Below are positions 1 through 9,868 of a DNA stretch of 64,000 nt, piece by piece. A program made the translations under genes and the position numbers. Within the stretch, counting starts at the first letter, position 1. The number at the start of each line of letters is the position of its first letter. This DNA is from Bryobacterales bacterium (lineage in GTDB: Bacteria > Acidobacteriota > Terriglobia > Bryobacterales > UBA6623), in NCBI GenBank assembly GCA_963422375.2, contig OY729427.2:1-64000 (forward strand), in the 5' to 3' direction. The notes under the pieces are model-generated. The model was given only the letters and a program-made list of their open reading frames with translations, was not told the DNA's origin and made no database searches.

Positions 1-1095
1 CCCGGATCGCCCGGGGGGCCGGTCAGGTCCGCCCGCAGCGTCCAGCTCGTGCCGTCGAAATCGCCCAGGCTGCCGTCGTTGGCGACGGCGATGTCCCCGG
101 CCCGCGGGCTCGCCGTCCCCGCCAGGTCTTCGGGCGTCCACGCGTCGACGCGGTGGATCGTCGCGCCGTCCTTGCCCGTCAGATCCTTGACGCGCGTCCA
201 CTTGCCGCTCGCGTAGGCGCCGTAGGTCCCGTCGTCGGCGATGGCCACGTCGCCCTCGACGGGCGCCAGGACCTCCCCGCCGACCTCGCTCCAGGCCGAC
301 ACGCGATGCACCGAGGGGCCGCGCGGGCCGCGCAGGTTGGAGCGCCGGACCCAGCCGGTCGCCGTGAGCTCCCCGAAGTGGCCGTCGTCGGCGATGGCGA
401 TGTCCCCGACGCGCGGGTCCGCGATGTCGCCGTCCGTGGGCGGGAAGGCCGGCACGCGGTAGGTCGCCGCGCCCCGCGGGCCGGTCAGGTCGCCGCGCCG
501 CTGCCACGCGCCGCCGGCGCCGAGCTCGCCCCACTGGCCGTCGTCGGCCAGGGCCACGTCGCCCTCCCGCGGATCCTCGAGCGCGGCCAGGCGCGCCGCG
601 TCCCACGCCGCGACGCGGCGGATGCGCGAGCCGTCCCGGCCCGTCAGGTCGCCCACCCGCGTCCACGCGCCGTCCGCGTAGCGGCCCCACTGGCCGTCGT
701 CGGCGATGGCCACGTCGCCCTCGATGGGCTGGGCCACGACCGCCTTGCCGGGCGGCCACTCGGCGATCTGGAACACCGCCGGGCCGCGCTCTCCCGGCGG
801 GCCCGTCAGGTCGCCCCGCCGCTGCCACGCGCCCGCGACGCGCTCGCCCCACGCCCCGTCCGCGGCGATGGCCACGTCGCCGTCCCGCGGCGCGGGCACC
901 GCCGCCAGCGCCTCCGGCGTCCACGCGGCGATCACGTGGATCGTCGCGCCGTCCTCGCCCGTCAGGTCGACCGGCGTCTTCGCCCACGCGCCGTCCTCGC
1001 GGGTCCACAGGACGCCGTCGGCCTGCACGTAGATGTCGCCGTCCTTCGCGGCCGCGGGATCCTCGTCCGTCGGCGGCCCCGCGCCGGCGAAGATG
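1..1095 (-). repeat. At least 7 tandem ~52-aa protein repeats, consensus xIxxVxAW...PxxGD(V/I)A(I/L)ADDGxxGxxxxGxWxRxxDLTGxxG
   Basis: Read from translation, e.g. GDVAIADDGQWGRYADGAWTRVGDLTGRDG; GDVALADDGQWGELGAGGAWQRRGDLTGPRG; GDIAVANDGSLGDFDGTSWTLRADLTGPPG. Confidence 0.9.
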
Positions 1096-3554
1096 CTGGC
1101 CGACTCCTCGGCCGGGGAGGTGGGCGTGACCTCGGCCGGGCCCGCGGGGGGGCCGAGATTGCCGCTGCGGTCCTTGGCCCGCACCCACACGTAGAGCTTG
1201 ACGCCCGCCGCGTAGCCGCCCAGGCTGGCGCGGTCCGCGCCCACCGAGGCGGCCTGGGAGGCCGCGGCCAGGTCGTCGGTCGCGCCGACGAAGACGGCGT
1301 TGAGGCCCCAGTCGGCGTCGGGCGGGTTGCGCCAGGAGGCTTCGAAGCCGCCCGGCAGGGCCAGGACCGCGAGGTCCGCGACGGCCCCGGGCGGGGTCAG
1401 GTCGCCGCCGGCCGCGCGCCGCGCCGCGCCGGACCACGGGCCGGCCTCGCCGGCCGCCGAGACGTGCCGCGCCCGCACCAGGTAGGCCTTGCCGGCCGTC
1501 GCCGGGAAGGAATGCCGCCCCCCGGCGGCCACGCGCGTCTCGGGCGGGCCCGCCGGATCCGCGTCCTCGCGCCACTGCACCTCGGTGGTCGGCGCGCCGG
1601 CCTCGTCCCACGTCGCGACCATGCGCACGCTCACGGCGCCGTCGGGGGCCGTGGACGCGATCTCGTCGAGGGCCAGCCCCCGCACGTCCGGCACCGGCGA
1701 GGGCTCCGGGACGGCGATCTCGCGGGCCTTCAGCTCCGGCAGCACCAGCGTGTCCTCGTAGGTGTCCGGGTGCGACTCGCGCAGCGTCAGCGCCACGCTC
1801 CAGTCCTCGCGGATCGCGGAGCGCTCCACCGTCATGCGCGCCCGCGCCAGGCCGAATTCGGAGCAGGTCAGCAGCACCAGGTCGCCCGGGGCCAGCGCCA
1901 GCCGCCGGAAGTCCGGGCCGGGGGCGACGGCCAGATCCAGCCGCAGGCTCTCGCGGCCGCGGCGCAGGTTCGTCGCCTGCAGCCTGGCCGCCGAGACGGG
2001 GTCGGAGACGAAGGCCAGGCGGATGCCGCCCTCGCGGCGCTCGCCGTCGCGCGCGACCGCCGCGGCGTCCTCGAAGAGCGGCAGCGCCAGGCGCGTCCAG
2101 CCGTGGTCGCGGGATTGCGCGATCTCGCAGGTGACCGCGTTGACGCGCTCCTGCAGCGAGGCCCACGGCCGCGCCGCGGGCGGCTCCGCGATGTCGGCCT
2201 CGCCGATCTCCTGCGAGGCCGCGGCCATGTCCGCGCCCGGCCGGAACAGCAGCCGGCCGCCCGACTCGACCACCTCCCCGGCCCACGCGGCGTCGAGCTG
2301 CTCCTCGACCTCGCTCGCGTCGTCCTCGGAGGAGATCACGCCGCCGACCGCGTAGCGCTTCGCCTTCGTCGTGAACCCGGCGTAGTCGGCGGGCAGCCGC
2401 CCGCGGACCTCGGCGGTCCAGTCGATCTCCGCCTCGCAGAGGGCGAAGGCCGCGTCGAACTCGCCCCGGTCGATCCGGCCGGGCGCGCGCCCGCGGCGCT
2501 CCGTCTCCCACCAGTAGCGGATCGCGGCGGCGTTGTCGGTCCAGGCCGGGACGGGCTGCCCCGGCCAGGCGATCCTGACGCCCTTGACGAGGAATTCGAG
2601 GGCGGGCACCCGCGTGAAGACGCGGTCCTCGGCCGCGGCTCTCCCCGCGCGCCGCGGCTGGTCCAGCCGCACGTAGACCCAGCTCAGGCCGTCCAGGCGG
2701 TGGTGCTCGGACCAGGGCATGTGGTCCCAGGTCCACTGGGTCCAGGAGGCGCCGGCGAAGTCCCAGCTGCCGGCGACCTCGCTGCCGTCCGCGGGCTCGT
2801 CGCCGTCCCCGCCGTCCGGGTCCGCGTCGAACTCGCTTTCCCAGTTCCGGTCGCGGCGGTATCGGACGCTGCCCGTCGCGTAGTCGTAGTCGAAGTTGGC
2901 GGAGTTCAGGCCGCCGTCGTCCGGGGTGAAGAGCGCCCGCTGCACCTGCGTCGTCTCGCGGCTCGGCGCGTCGGTCTCCTTCCAGCCGTCGCCGTCCGGG
3001 AGCGGCTGGCGGTACTTGAGCGCGCCGCCGCGGTAGGCCGTGCGCATGGCCGCTCCCTGCGTGCCGTCGGCCGCGAAGTACTCGCGGATCCGGACGCTGC
3101 CCTCGTAGCGGTCGCCCTCCTCCGGCACCAGCGCCCTCCCGCCGTAAGACCGCCCCGCGTCCTCGACCAGGTTCGCCTCGCGCCCGTCGATCCAGCACTT
3201 GCCGTCGATGCCCTCGCAGGCGCCCTCGGACAGGACCAGCCCCAGGTGCGCCGCGCGGCCCTCGGCCCGGAAGTAGGCCAGCACGCCCGGCACGCGGGCC
3301 CGGCCCAGCACCCAGCGGGCCGCGACCACCTCGCTCGCGACGGTCGACTTGGCCCCCGCGAGGGCCTCCATCCGCGTGCCGCCGGGGCGGGCGTCGCGCG
3401 CCACCAGGCGCATCACCAGGCCCGCTCCGTAGGACGCGCCCGCCGCCAGGCCCGCGGCGATCACGCCCTTCAGGATGGCGAACGCCTTGGTGGCGGCGGC
3501 GGCGGAGCCGAGAATCTTGCCGGCGATCACGCCGGCCAGCCAGCCGAACGGCAT
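1..3554 (-). CDS. Tail tip / central fibre protein (gpJ-like) with FN3-like domains and C-terminal ~52-aa repeats; 3' end outside window
   Basis: Hand-translated; absent from the ORF track because no stop lies in the window. MPFGWLAGVIAG...RWVLGRARVPG...HRLDGLSWVYVRL...WTDNAAAIRYWW...DLTPPGAVADL...YVWVRAKDRSGN, then 7 repeats. Last gene of the tail module. Confidence 0.85.
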   Translation of the reverse strand, partial: MPFGWLAGVIAGKILGSAAAATKAFAILKGVIAAGLAAGASYGAGLVMRLVARDARPGGTRMEALAGAKSTVASEVVAARWVLGRARVPGVLAYFRAEGRAAHLGLVLSEGACEGIDGKCWIDGREANLVEDAGRSYGGRALVPEEGDRYEGSVRIREYFAADGTQGAAMRTAYRGGALKYRQPLPDGDGWKETDAPSRETTQVQRALFTPDDGGLNSANFDYDYATGSVRYRRDRNWESEFDADPDGGDGDEPADGSEVAGSWDFAGASWTQWTWDHMPWSEHHRLDGLSWVYVRLDQPRRAGRAAAEDRVFTRVPALEFLVKGVRIAWPGQPVPAWTDNAAAIRYWWETERRGRAPGRIDRGEFDAAFALCEAEIDWTAEVRGRLPADYAGFTTKAKRYAVGGVISSEDDASEVEEQLDAAWAGEVVESGGRLLFRPGADMAAASQEIGEADIAEPPAARPWASLQERVNAVTCEIAQSRDHGWTRLALPLFEDAAAVARDGERREGGIRLAFVSDPVSAARLQATNLRRGRESLRLDLAVAPGPDFRRLALAPGDLVLLTCSEFGLARARMTVERSAIREDWSVALTLRESHPDTYEDTLVLPELKAREIAVPEPSPVPDVRGLALDEIASTAPDGAVSVRMVATWDEAGAPTTEVQWREDADPAGPPETRVAAGGRHSFPATAGKAYLVRARHVSAAGEAGPWSGAARRAAGGDLTPPGAVADLAVLALPGGFEASWRNPPDADWGLNAVFVGATDDLAAASQAASVGADRASLGGYAAGVKLYVWVRAKDRSGNLGPPAGPAEVTPTSPAEESASIFAGAGPPTDEDPAAAKDGDIYVQADGVLWTREDGAWAKTPVDLTGEDGATIHVIAAWTPEALAAVPAPRDGDVAIAADGAWGERVAGAWQRRGDLTGPPGERGPAVFQIAEWPPGKAVVAQPIEGDVAIADDGQWGRYADGAWTRVGDLTGRDGSRIRRVAAWDAARLAALEDPREGDVALADDGQWGELGAGGAWQRRGDLTGPRGAATYRVPAFPPTDGDIADPRVGDIAIADDGHFGELTATGWVRRSNLRGPRGPSVHRVSAWSEVGGEVLAPVEGDVAIADDGTYGAYASGKWTRVKDLTGKDGATIHRVDAWTPEDLAGTASPRAGDIAVANDGSLGDFDGTSWTLRADLTGPPGDP

Positions 3555-3555
3555 C

Positions 3556-4023
3556 TCAGCGGACCTCCCACAGGTCCGTGACCGGGTGCGCCCGCTCGAT
3601 GCCCCGCGGCGTCCGGACCCAGCACTCGCAGCCCGGGCCGATCACGCCCGGCGAGGCGCCCGCCAGGCGCTCGCCCCCGGGGCCGAGGACGACCGCCGCC
3701 AGGGCGATCATGCCCGGCCGCGGCAGGCATCCCCGCGGGACGCGCCGCAGCAGCGGCTCGGCGTCCAGCACCGCGGCCCAGCCGTCCCGCAGCGAGCCGT
3801 GCTCGCGGGGAGCTCGCAGGATCGCCTCGCGCTCGCCGAGGCCGTCGGTCCAGGCCGGCAGGGCCAGCGAGGGCTCGCGGCCCGACAGGGCCCGCACGAC
3901 CGCTCGCAGCAGCGTCACGCAGTCGCGCTCGCGCCAGGCGGACGGCCCGAGGCCCTCGGACTCGAGGGCGTCGCGGACCCGCCGCGCCCGCTCGCGCCCG
4001 GCTGGGCCGGCTAGGGCGGCCAC
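3556..4023 (-). CDS. Tail-associated NlpC/P60-like protein (DUF6950-like)
   Basis: W..RDCVTL motif; lies between hub and tail tip genes; GTG start overlaps upstream gene. Confidence 0.6.
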   Translation of the reverse strand: MAALAGPAGRERARRVRDALESEGLGPSAWRERDCVTLLRAVVRALSGREPSLALPAWTDGLGEREAILRAPREHGSLRDGWAAVLDAEPLLRRVPRGCLPRPGMIALAAVVLGPGGERLAGASPGVIGPGCECWVRTPRGIERAHPVTDLWEVR

Positions 4024-4604
4024 GCCGTCTCCACTCCCTGGCGGGCCAGCGCCCGCATGTGCTCGAGGCCCAGGTCGGCCGGCACGGTCCGCTTCGCGCC
4101 CCCGTCCCCGGCCGCGACCTCGCGGGCCGGGGAGCGCCGCTGCTGGTCCTCGTGCGACCAGCGCCGCGGCCGGCCCCGCTCCACGTCGCCGAGCAGGGTC
4201 TCCAGCTCGACCGCGAGCGTCCCGTCCTGCAGCGACCCGCCCGACAGGCGGCCCCGGTACCGCGCCCCGGGCACCTCGTGCCAGCTCTCGCCGAGGTCGG
4301 GGCTGTACACCCAGCGCACGGTCACCTCGATCGGGCCGGGATCCTGCATGAACCGGGCCCGCCGCTCGCGCGGCACGCCCGAGAGCGCGAGGCTCATGCG
4401 GCGCTCGGGGCGGCCCGACACGCGCTCGTGCTCGCCGATGCCGAGGGCCGCCCCGCCGGTCCAGGCTACCTTGCGGGCGTCGCCGCCGGCGTCGCCGTCG
4501 TCCGGGGCGAAGCTCAGCTCGCCGCGGCCCGTCCACAGCCGCGTCGCGCCCCCGGGGTAGGCCAGCTCGACGAGGTTCTGCACCCAGGGGGCTTCAGCCG
4601 TCAC
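4011..4604 (-). CDS. Minor tail / baseplate hub protein (gpL-like)
   Basis: LVELAYPGGATRLWTGRGEL...RRWSHEDQQRR...DLGLEHM pattern; lies after Dit. Confidence 0.65.
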   Translation of the reverse strand: MTAEAPWVQNLVELAYPGGATRLWTGRGELSFAPDDGDAGGDARKVAWTGGAALGIGEHERVSGRPERRMSLALSGVPRERRARFMQDPGPIEVTVRWVYSPDLGESWHEVPGARYRGRLSGGSLQDGTLAVELETLLGDVERGRPRRWSHEDQQRRSPAREVAAGDGGAKRTVPADLGLEHMRALARQGVETAWPP

Positions 4605-5188
4605 GCCGCCTCCTCCCATTCGATCGCCCACGGCCCGGCGAAGTCGGGATCCAGCCTCCACGGCTCGCGCTCGGGCCCGGTCCGGCGCGCCAGGCAGGTG
4701 ACGCCCTCCCAGGCGATGCCCCGCCCCGCGGAGGGCGTCGCCGGCGGCTCCAGCTCGCAGCGGCCGCCCCGCAGGTCCGAGACCAGCTGGTACAGGCGCT
4801 CGCCGATGCGCACGTAGTCGCCCGCGACGAGGCCCTCGGAGGAGCCGTCCGCCCACACGCGCAGGCCGCCCGCGTAGATCCCCGCCGCCTGCACCGACAG
4901 CTCGGCCCCGGCGACGAGCGAGCCGCCGCTGGGGCGGTGCAACGGCGCCTCGAACGTGTTCCCGGCCCCCCGCAGCCGCGCCAGGAAGGCCTCGACCGCG
5001 CGCCGGTCCGCGACCGAGGCGCGGTCGGCCGGGCCGATCTCGAGCCGTCCGGACCAGATGCCGGGACCGCGCCCGAGCACCTGCGTCCCGCCGCCGTAGG
5101 GCGAGCGCAGCACGATCTGGCCGGGATGCCCCAGGGCCAGGTCCGAGCGCGTCACCGGCACGCCCGCCGGGAACGGGATCAGCGCCAC
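4601..5188 (-). CDS. Distal tail protein (Dit-like)
   Basis: SPYGGGTQV...WSGRL...EAFLARLRG pattern; first co-oriented gene after tape measure. Confidence 0.65.
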   Translation of the reverse strand: MALIPFPAGVPVTRSDLALGHPGQIVLRSPYGGGTQVLGRGPGIWSGRLEIGPADRASVADRRAVEAFLARLRGAGNTFEAPLHRPSGGSLVAGAELSVQAAGIYAGGLRVWADGSSEGLVAGDYVRIGERLYQLVSDLRGGRCELEPPATPSAGRGIAWEGVTCLARRTGPEREPWRLDPDFAGPWAIEWEEAA

Positions 5189-5259
5189 GAATCGCCCCCG
5201 TCGCCCCCGTCGCCCCCGCGGTACACTGGGTCCGGCGCCCCGGAGGCGCCTCGCACCGC

Positions 5260-5922
5260 GTGACCGGCCCTTTCGCTCGCATCCCCGCCCTCCTCTTCCT
5301 CGCGTTCCTCGCGGCGGCGCTCGCCGCGGCCCAGCACGAGCCGTACGGCCGGCTGGATCCCGACCGGCTCGTGGACTGGGCCCCGGTCGTGGAGAAGGGC
5401 AAGGGCCGTGCCGCCCACGTGACCGTCGACGATAGACACGAGTCCAGGTTTAGCGTCAGGTTTACCTGCGCCAAGCCGGCCACGACTCCCCTCCGGGTAT
5501 TGATAAGCCAGGCATTCACAAGCCTGTCGATTACCTTTTCCAACGGGCCGGCAGCAAGCGGCGCAGAGGCGGTCGCCGAGTCGCGGCGTCTCGCCTCGGA
5601 TCCGCAAGAGCCGCTGGGATTCAGTCGACCCGGCGCGAGGCTGCAGCTCGTCTTCCGGAAGCGGGGCGAGGACTCGCGCGAGACGCTGCATTTCTTCGGC
5701 ACGCTCGGCCCCAGCCCGCGCCATGGCGTGCTCTACGGCATCGACGCGGCGCGGGCGCTCGCCAGGATCCACTCCTCCGAGGAATTCAGCTTCCGGATCT
5801 TTCACGAGGACGCCAGCCTTCGCCTCTCCCCGGCCGTCCCGGTGACCGCCCGGGCGCGAGAGTACCTCGGTATGCTGGCGCGCGTCTGCATGCTGGACCT
5901 CAGGCACGCAGCGTCCCTCTGA
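5260..5922 (+). CDS. Hypothetical secreted protein; opposite-strand moron between tape measure and Dit
   Basis: Sec-like signal (ALLFLAFLAAALAAA|Q); normal amino-acid composition; fills the gap exactly; locally less GC-rich. Confidence 0.65.
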   Translation: MTGPFARIPALLFLAFLAAALAAAQHEPYGRLDPDRLVDWAPVVEKGKGRAAHVTVDDRHESRFSVRFTCAKPATTPLRVLISQAFTSLSITFSNGPAASGAEAVAESRRLASDPQEPLGFSRPGARLQLVFRKRGEDSRETLHFFGTLGPSPRHGVLYGIDAARALARIHSSEEFSFRIFHEDASLRLSPAVPVTARAREYLGMLARVCMLDLRHAASL

Positions 5923-8900
5923 GCCCCGACGCCCGCGCCAGGTCCGTTCTCACCGCGCCCTTCGCGAGCTCGGCCGCGTCGGACGCCAGCAGCGGCCGCA
6001 GGCGCCGGATCGCCGCCTCCACGCCGGGGCCGTCCGTGGACTCGACGCGGATGTTGAGCGTGACCGCGGGCGCCTCGCTCCCGCCGGCGAGCGGCCGCAG
6101 GCGGTGGTTCGGCACGATGGAACCGGCCGCCGCCGGCCGGAACAGCTCCACGCCGCTCTCGCCGACGCGGTAGATCCGCCCGGCCTCGACGGGGCCGCCG
6201 CCGGCCTTGCCGGGCGCCGCCCCGCCGCCCCCGCCGCCGAACAGCCCCGACAGGGCCCCGGAGAGCGCGCTCGTCGCCTTGTCGATGACCAGCTTCCGGA
6301 GCGCCATGTTCAGCAGCGTCCGGCCGATCTCCTTGAAGTGGTCCTTCAGCTTGCCGCCCTGCTCGACGGCCCGGGCCAGCCCGTCGGAGAGCGTCCGGGA
6401 CATCGACTCGGACAGCGCCAGCAGATCCCTCTGGATCGCCTGGCGGCGGCGGAAGCGCTCGTCGACCAGCCTCTCGCGCGCCTCCCGCTCGATCCGATCC
6501 CGATTCGCGGCCCGCAGCCCGGGCGCGTCGCCGAGCTGCGTCCGGAGATTCTCCGCGGCGGCCGCGGCGGCAGCGGCGTTCTCGAAGAGCTGGTTCCGCC
6601 GCTCGTCGCCTGCGGCCGCCCGGGCCCGGCGCCGGAACTCCTCGGCCGCCGCGAGCAGCGCGTGCCGCTTGGCGGCGAGGTCTCGCTTGAGGCCCTCGAA
6701 GGCCTCGTCGGAGGCCGCCCGGAAGCGCTGCGACCCCTCGGACGCGTACTCTCCGAGGGCCAGCGCGAGCCGCTCCGGATCCGCGCCCCGCCGGATCGCC
6801 GCCTCGAACGCCGCGGCGTTGGCCTCGCTCAGCGCGGCGATCCGGGCCTCGGCATCCTGCGCCGCGGCCGCGACCGAGTTCTCTTCGATCGTCCCGGCCA
6901 GGCGCTCCATGCCGGCCACTCTGTCCAGGCGGGCCGCGAGCGGCCCGAGGTCTCGATTGCGGAGCTCCTCGATCCGGACCTCGACGCCCGCCAATTGCGC
7001 GTCGATCTCAGCGACCGCGTCGCCGTCGGCGGCGCCGCCGAGGTCGATGTCCAGACCTACCCTTCGGGCCTCCAGCCCGCGCAGTTGGTCCTCGAACGAT
7101 CTGCGGGCCGCGGCCTCTCCCTCGGATTCCGCATCCCCGCCGGCCGCGCTCCTCGCGATCGTCGCGCGGGCGCTCTCCTCGCGACTCCGCAGTTCGCGGT
7201 CCTCGGCCGCGACCAGCTTGAGATGCTCCCTCCGGCCATCGGCCCTGGCCGCGCTGGCCGTCTCGAGCGCCCGGACCTGGGCCTCGGCAGCCTCCGTCGC
7301 GCGCTCGTTGGCCGCGGCGTGCTCCTTGGCCGCGTCGCGAGCCTGCTCCGCGGTCTCCAGGGCCTCGCGCTCCAGGGCCACGAGCGATTCCTTGCCCTCC
7401 TCGGCCTTGGCGATCGCCGCGATCTCGCGATCGAGTTCCGCGATCTTCTCCCGCTCCGCCGCGAGCGCCCGCTGGTCGCCCGCCTCGGCCGCCGCCCGGA
7501 ACTCGGCCGCCGCCCTCTCGCGCCTCCGCTCCAGCTGCGCCCGCTCGTCGAGCAGCCGGTTGACGACCGCGTGCCGCGCCTGCAGCTGCAGGAGATCCTC
7601 CCCGGTCTTGCCGACCAGTGCGAGCTCCTGCCTGGCAAGCCGGATTCTCCGCTCGGCGGCGTCCGCGTACCGCGCGAAGTAGTCCTCCGGGACGTGCGGG
7701 ACGCGCGGCAGGATCTCATCGCCGCCGCCGCCGCGAGCGTTCCGGGTCTCCCCGTTCGCTGCGGCGAGCTCGGCTTGCAGCCGCTCGATTTCCTCTGCCG
7801 TCCGCGCGGCATCCGCCTCGAGGCCTGCGCGTATCCTGCCCTCCCGGCCCACGAAATACACGGTCCCTCGCGCTCCCGCTTTCATGGCCTCCATGAGCTC
7901 GTCGTGCTTCTGCAGCGAAGCCGCGATCTCGCGGGCGAGCTCGGCGGCGTGCTCGGCGGCCTTCTCGAGCTCTCTCTCGAGCCCGAGCTTCCGCGCCGAG
8001 GCGTCCATTCCCGCGAGCACGATCTCCGCCTCGCGGATCGACGCGACGAGCTCGTCGGTCTCGTTCCGGGAGTCCTTGGCGGACAGGAAGTAGTAGCCCA
8101 GCGCTCCGACGGCCGCGACGATCCAGCCCGCCGGCCCCCCGAACGCGGCGACGGCGATATTCAGGCCGCGCAACGCGGCGGCGAGGCCCGCGGAGGCCGC
8201 GATCGCCGCCCGGACGGTGCCGACCCACGCGCCGATCTTCATGGCGCCGAGAGCCAGGCCGAAGGCGATCGCGGCTTGCTTGGCGGCGTCCAGGTTCCGC
8301 GCGAGGTGCGCCACGGCCGCGATCGCGCGCCCGGCGAGGGTCGCCGCGAGCTCCCCGGCCCGCTCGTTGAGGGAGGCCAGGTCGACGGCCGCCGCGGCCA
8401 CGGCCCGGGCCGCGCCCGCGCGCACGGCGTGGTCGAGGTCCGCGAAGCTCTGTCCGAGAGCCTTGAGCCGCGCCGCCTCCCGGGATTCGACGAAGCCCAG
8501 CCGCTCGAAGCCCTTCTCCAGCTCGAGCAGCCCCTCCCGGCCCCGCTGCAGGACGTTGACGAAGGCCACGCCCTCGCTGTCGAACAGCTTCTGGGCCAGG
8601 CGCACGCGCTCCTGCTGGTCGCCCGTGTTCTTGAAGCCCTCCGCGACGTCGAGCAGCACGTCGTGGGAATCGCGCAGCCGGCCGTTCGCGTCCCGCAGCG
8701 GCGCTTCCAGGGCCCGGAAGGCCTCCTGCAGCTGGCCCTGCCCGTTCGCCGCGTCCGCCAGCCGCCGCGTGAAGCGCTGCAGGCCGGTGTTGACGGCCTG
8801 CACGGACACGCCCTCGCTCTCGAAGGCGCGCTGCAGGGCCTGCAGGTCGCGGACCGTCAGCCCCAGGCGCTGGCTCGTCTCGACCAGCGTCGAGCCGAGC

Positions 8901-9154
8901 TCGGCCGAGCGCCGGATCATCAGTCCCAGCCCGGCGGCTCCGGAAACCACGCCGACCGCGGCCTGCACCGAGATCACCTTCCGGCGGAACGACTGCATCT
9001 GCCGCGCCGCGCGCTGCACCGTCCGGCGCAGGCCGCGCATGGCCCGTTCCTGGCGCCGGATGTCGTTGCCCATCCGGCGCATCGACCCCGAGAACTGGGC
9101 GACGTCGGCGCGGATGCTCAGCAGGACGCCGCCCGCGCGGATCGCTTCAGCCAT
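5900..9154 (-). CDS. Tail tape measure protein
   Basis: 1084 aa, Ala/Glu/Arg-rich helical; N-terminal LSIRADVAQF; C-terminal AGGGPV..GRIYRVGESGVELF. Confidence 0.92.
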   Translation of the reverse strand: MAEAIRAGGVLLSIRADVAQFSGSMRRMGNDIRRQERAMRGLRRTVQRAARQMQSFRRKVISVQAAVGVVSGAAGLGLMIRRSAELGSTLVETSQRLGLTVRDLQALQRAFESEGVSVQAVNTGLQRFTRRLADAANGQGQLQEAFRALEAPLRDANGRLRDSHDVLLDVAEGFKNTGDQQERVRLAQKLFDSEGVAFVNVLQRGREGLLELEKGFERLGFVESREAARLKALGQSFADLDHAVRAGAARAVAAAAVDLASLNERAGELAATLAGRAIAAVAHLARNLDAAKQAAIAFGLALGAMKIGAWVGTVRAAIAASAGLAAALRGLNIAVAAFGGPAGWIVAAVGALGYYFLSAKDSRNETDELVASIREAEIVLAGMDASARKLGLERELEKAAEHAAELAREIAASLQKHDELMEAMKAGARGTVYFVGREGRIRAGLEADAARTAEEIERLQAELAAANGETRNARGGGGDEILPRVPHVPEDYFARYADAAERRIRLARQELALVGKTGEDLLQLQARHAVVNRLLDERAQLERRRERAAAEFRAAAEAGDQRALAAEREKIAELDREIAAIAKAEEGKESLVALEREALETAEQARDAAKEHAAANERATEAAEAQVRALETASAARADGRREHLKLVAAEDRELRSREESARATIARSAAGGDAESEGEAAARRSFEDQLRGLEARRVGLDIDLGGAADGDAVAEIDAQLAGVEVRIEELRNRDLGPLAARLDRVAGMERLAGTIEENSVAAAAQDAEARIAALSEANAAAFEAAIRRGADPERLALALGEYASEGSQRFRAASDEAFEGLKRDLAAKRHALLAAAEEFRRRARAAAGDERRNQLFENAAAAAAAAENLRTQLGDAPGLRAANRDRIEREARERLVDERFRRRQAIQRDLLALSESMSRTLSDGLARAVEQGGKLKDHFKEIGRTLLNMALRKLVIDKATSALSGALSGLFGGGGGGAAPGKAGGGPVEAGRIYRVGESGVELFRPAAAGSIVPNHRLRPLAGGSEAPAVTLNIRVESTDGPGVEAAIRRLRPLLASDAAELAKGAVRTDLARASGLRGTLRA

Positions 9155-9467
9155 GCCTGCCGCTCTTGCCGTTCCCGCCGCTCCTGCGGTACGCTTCCCC
9201 GACTCGCGCGGCCGCCGCGGCCTGCCGCGCGCGGCGCCGCGCGCTCTCGCTCGTCAGCCAGGGCGCGTAGTCGTCCGGACGCAACGGGCGGTCCACCTTG
9301 AATCCCGCGTTACTCACCAGGGCGGCCAGGGTCGCCAGCAGGCGCGGCGCGACCGCCTCCAGGGGCGGCCAGCGCCGGAAGTGGCGTTCCCAGGCCCGGT
9401 ATTCCGAGTACGGCATGGCCAGGGCCTCGCGCAGCGGCAGCCCCACGGCCCGGGCTACGAAAAAGGG
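9147..9467 (-). CDS. Tail assembly chaperone, frameshift extension (gpGT-like)
   Basis: -1 frame FFVARAVGLPLREALAMPYSEYRAWERHF, entered through slippery heptamer C CCT TTT at 9461-9467. Confidence 0.75.
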   Translation of the reverse strand, partial: PFFVARAVGLPLREALAMPYSEYRAWERHFRRWPPLEAVAPRLLATLAALVSNAGFKVDRPLRPDDYAPWLTSESARRRARQAAAAARVGEAYRRSGGNGKSGRHG

Positions 9468-9868
9468 GTCGGGTCGGAGCCCTCGCCCTCCGCGTCCGGG
9501 CCCGGCTCCGAGGGCTCCGGCTCCGCGGGCAGCAGCGCGGCCAGTCCGCACAGCTTCAGCGACTCCCGGGCCAGCCGCCCGGACTCGCCGCCGCAGCGGA
9601 TCACCAGGCGCCTGCCCTCCTCCTCGTCCAGGTCCAGCCCCAGGCAGGCCCGGGCGGCCTCGGCGGACGCGTCCAGCAGGTACCCGCCGCCCGGGTCCCC
9701 CGCGCGCGCGCGCTCGAACAGGCTCTCGCGCAGCGCGAGAGCCGCCGACGCGGCCGGCTGGCGCAATTCCAGCGCGAGCCCCTCGGCCTCGACCTCGACC
9801 GGCGCCCCCAGCAGGGCCCGGATGCCGGCGGCGTCGGCCGGCCTTCTCGCCGCGGCCCGCGCCGTCAC
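9455..9868 (-). CDS. Tail assembly chaperone (gpG-like)
   Basis: Between tail tube and tape measure; ends DPTPFS* over the slippery site. Confidence 0.75.
   Translation of the reverse strand: MTARAAARRPADAAGIRALLGAPVEVEAEGLALELRQPAASAALALRESLFERARAGDPGGGYLLDASAEAARACLGLDLDEEEGRRLVIRCGGESGRLARESLKLCGLAALLPAEPEPSEPGPDAEGEGSDPTPFS

Noticed and set aside
1..1095. Diversity-generating retroelement target/template repeats
   Set aside because: The repeats are in-frame protein repeats diverged at all bases, and no reverse transcriptase lies in the window.
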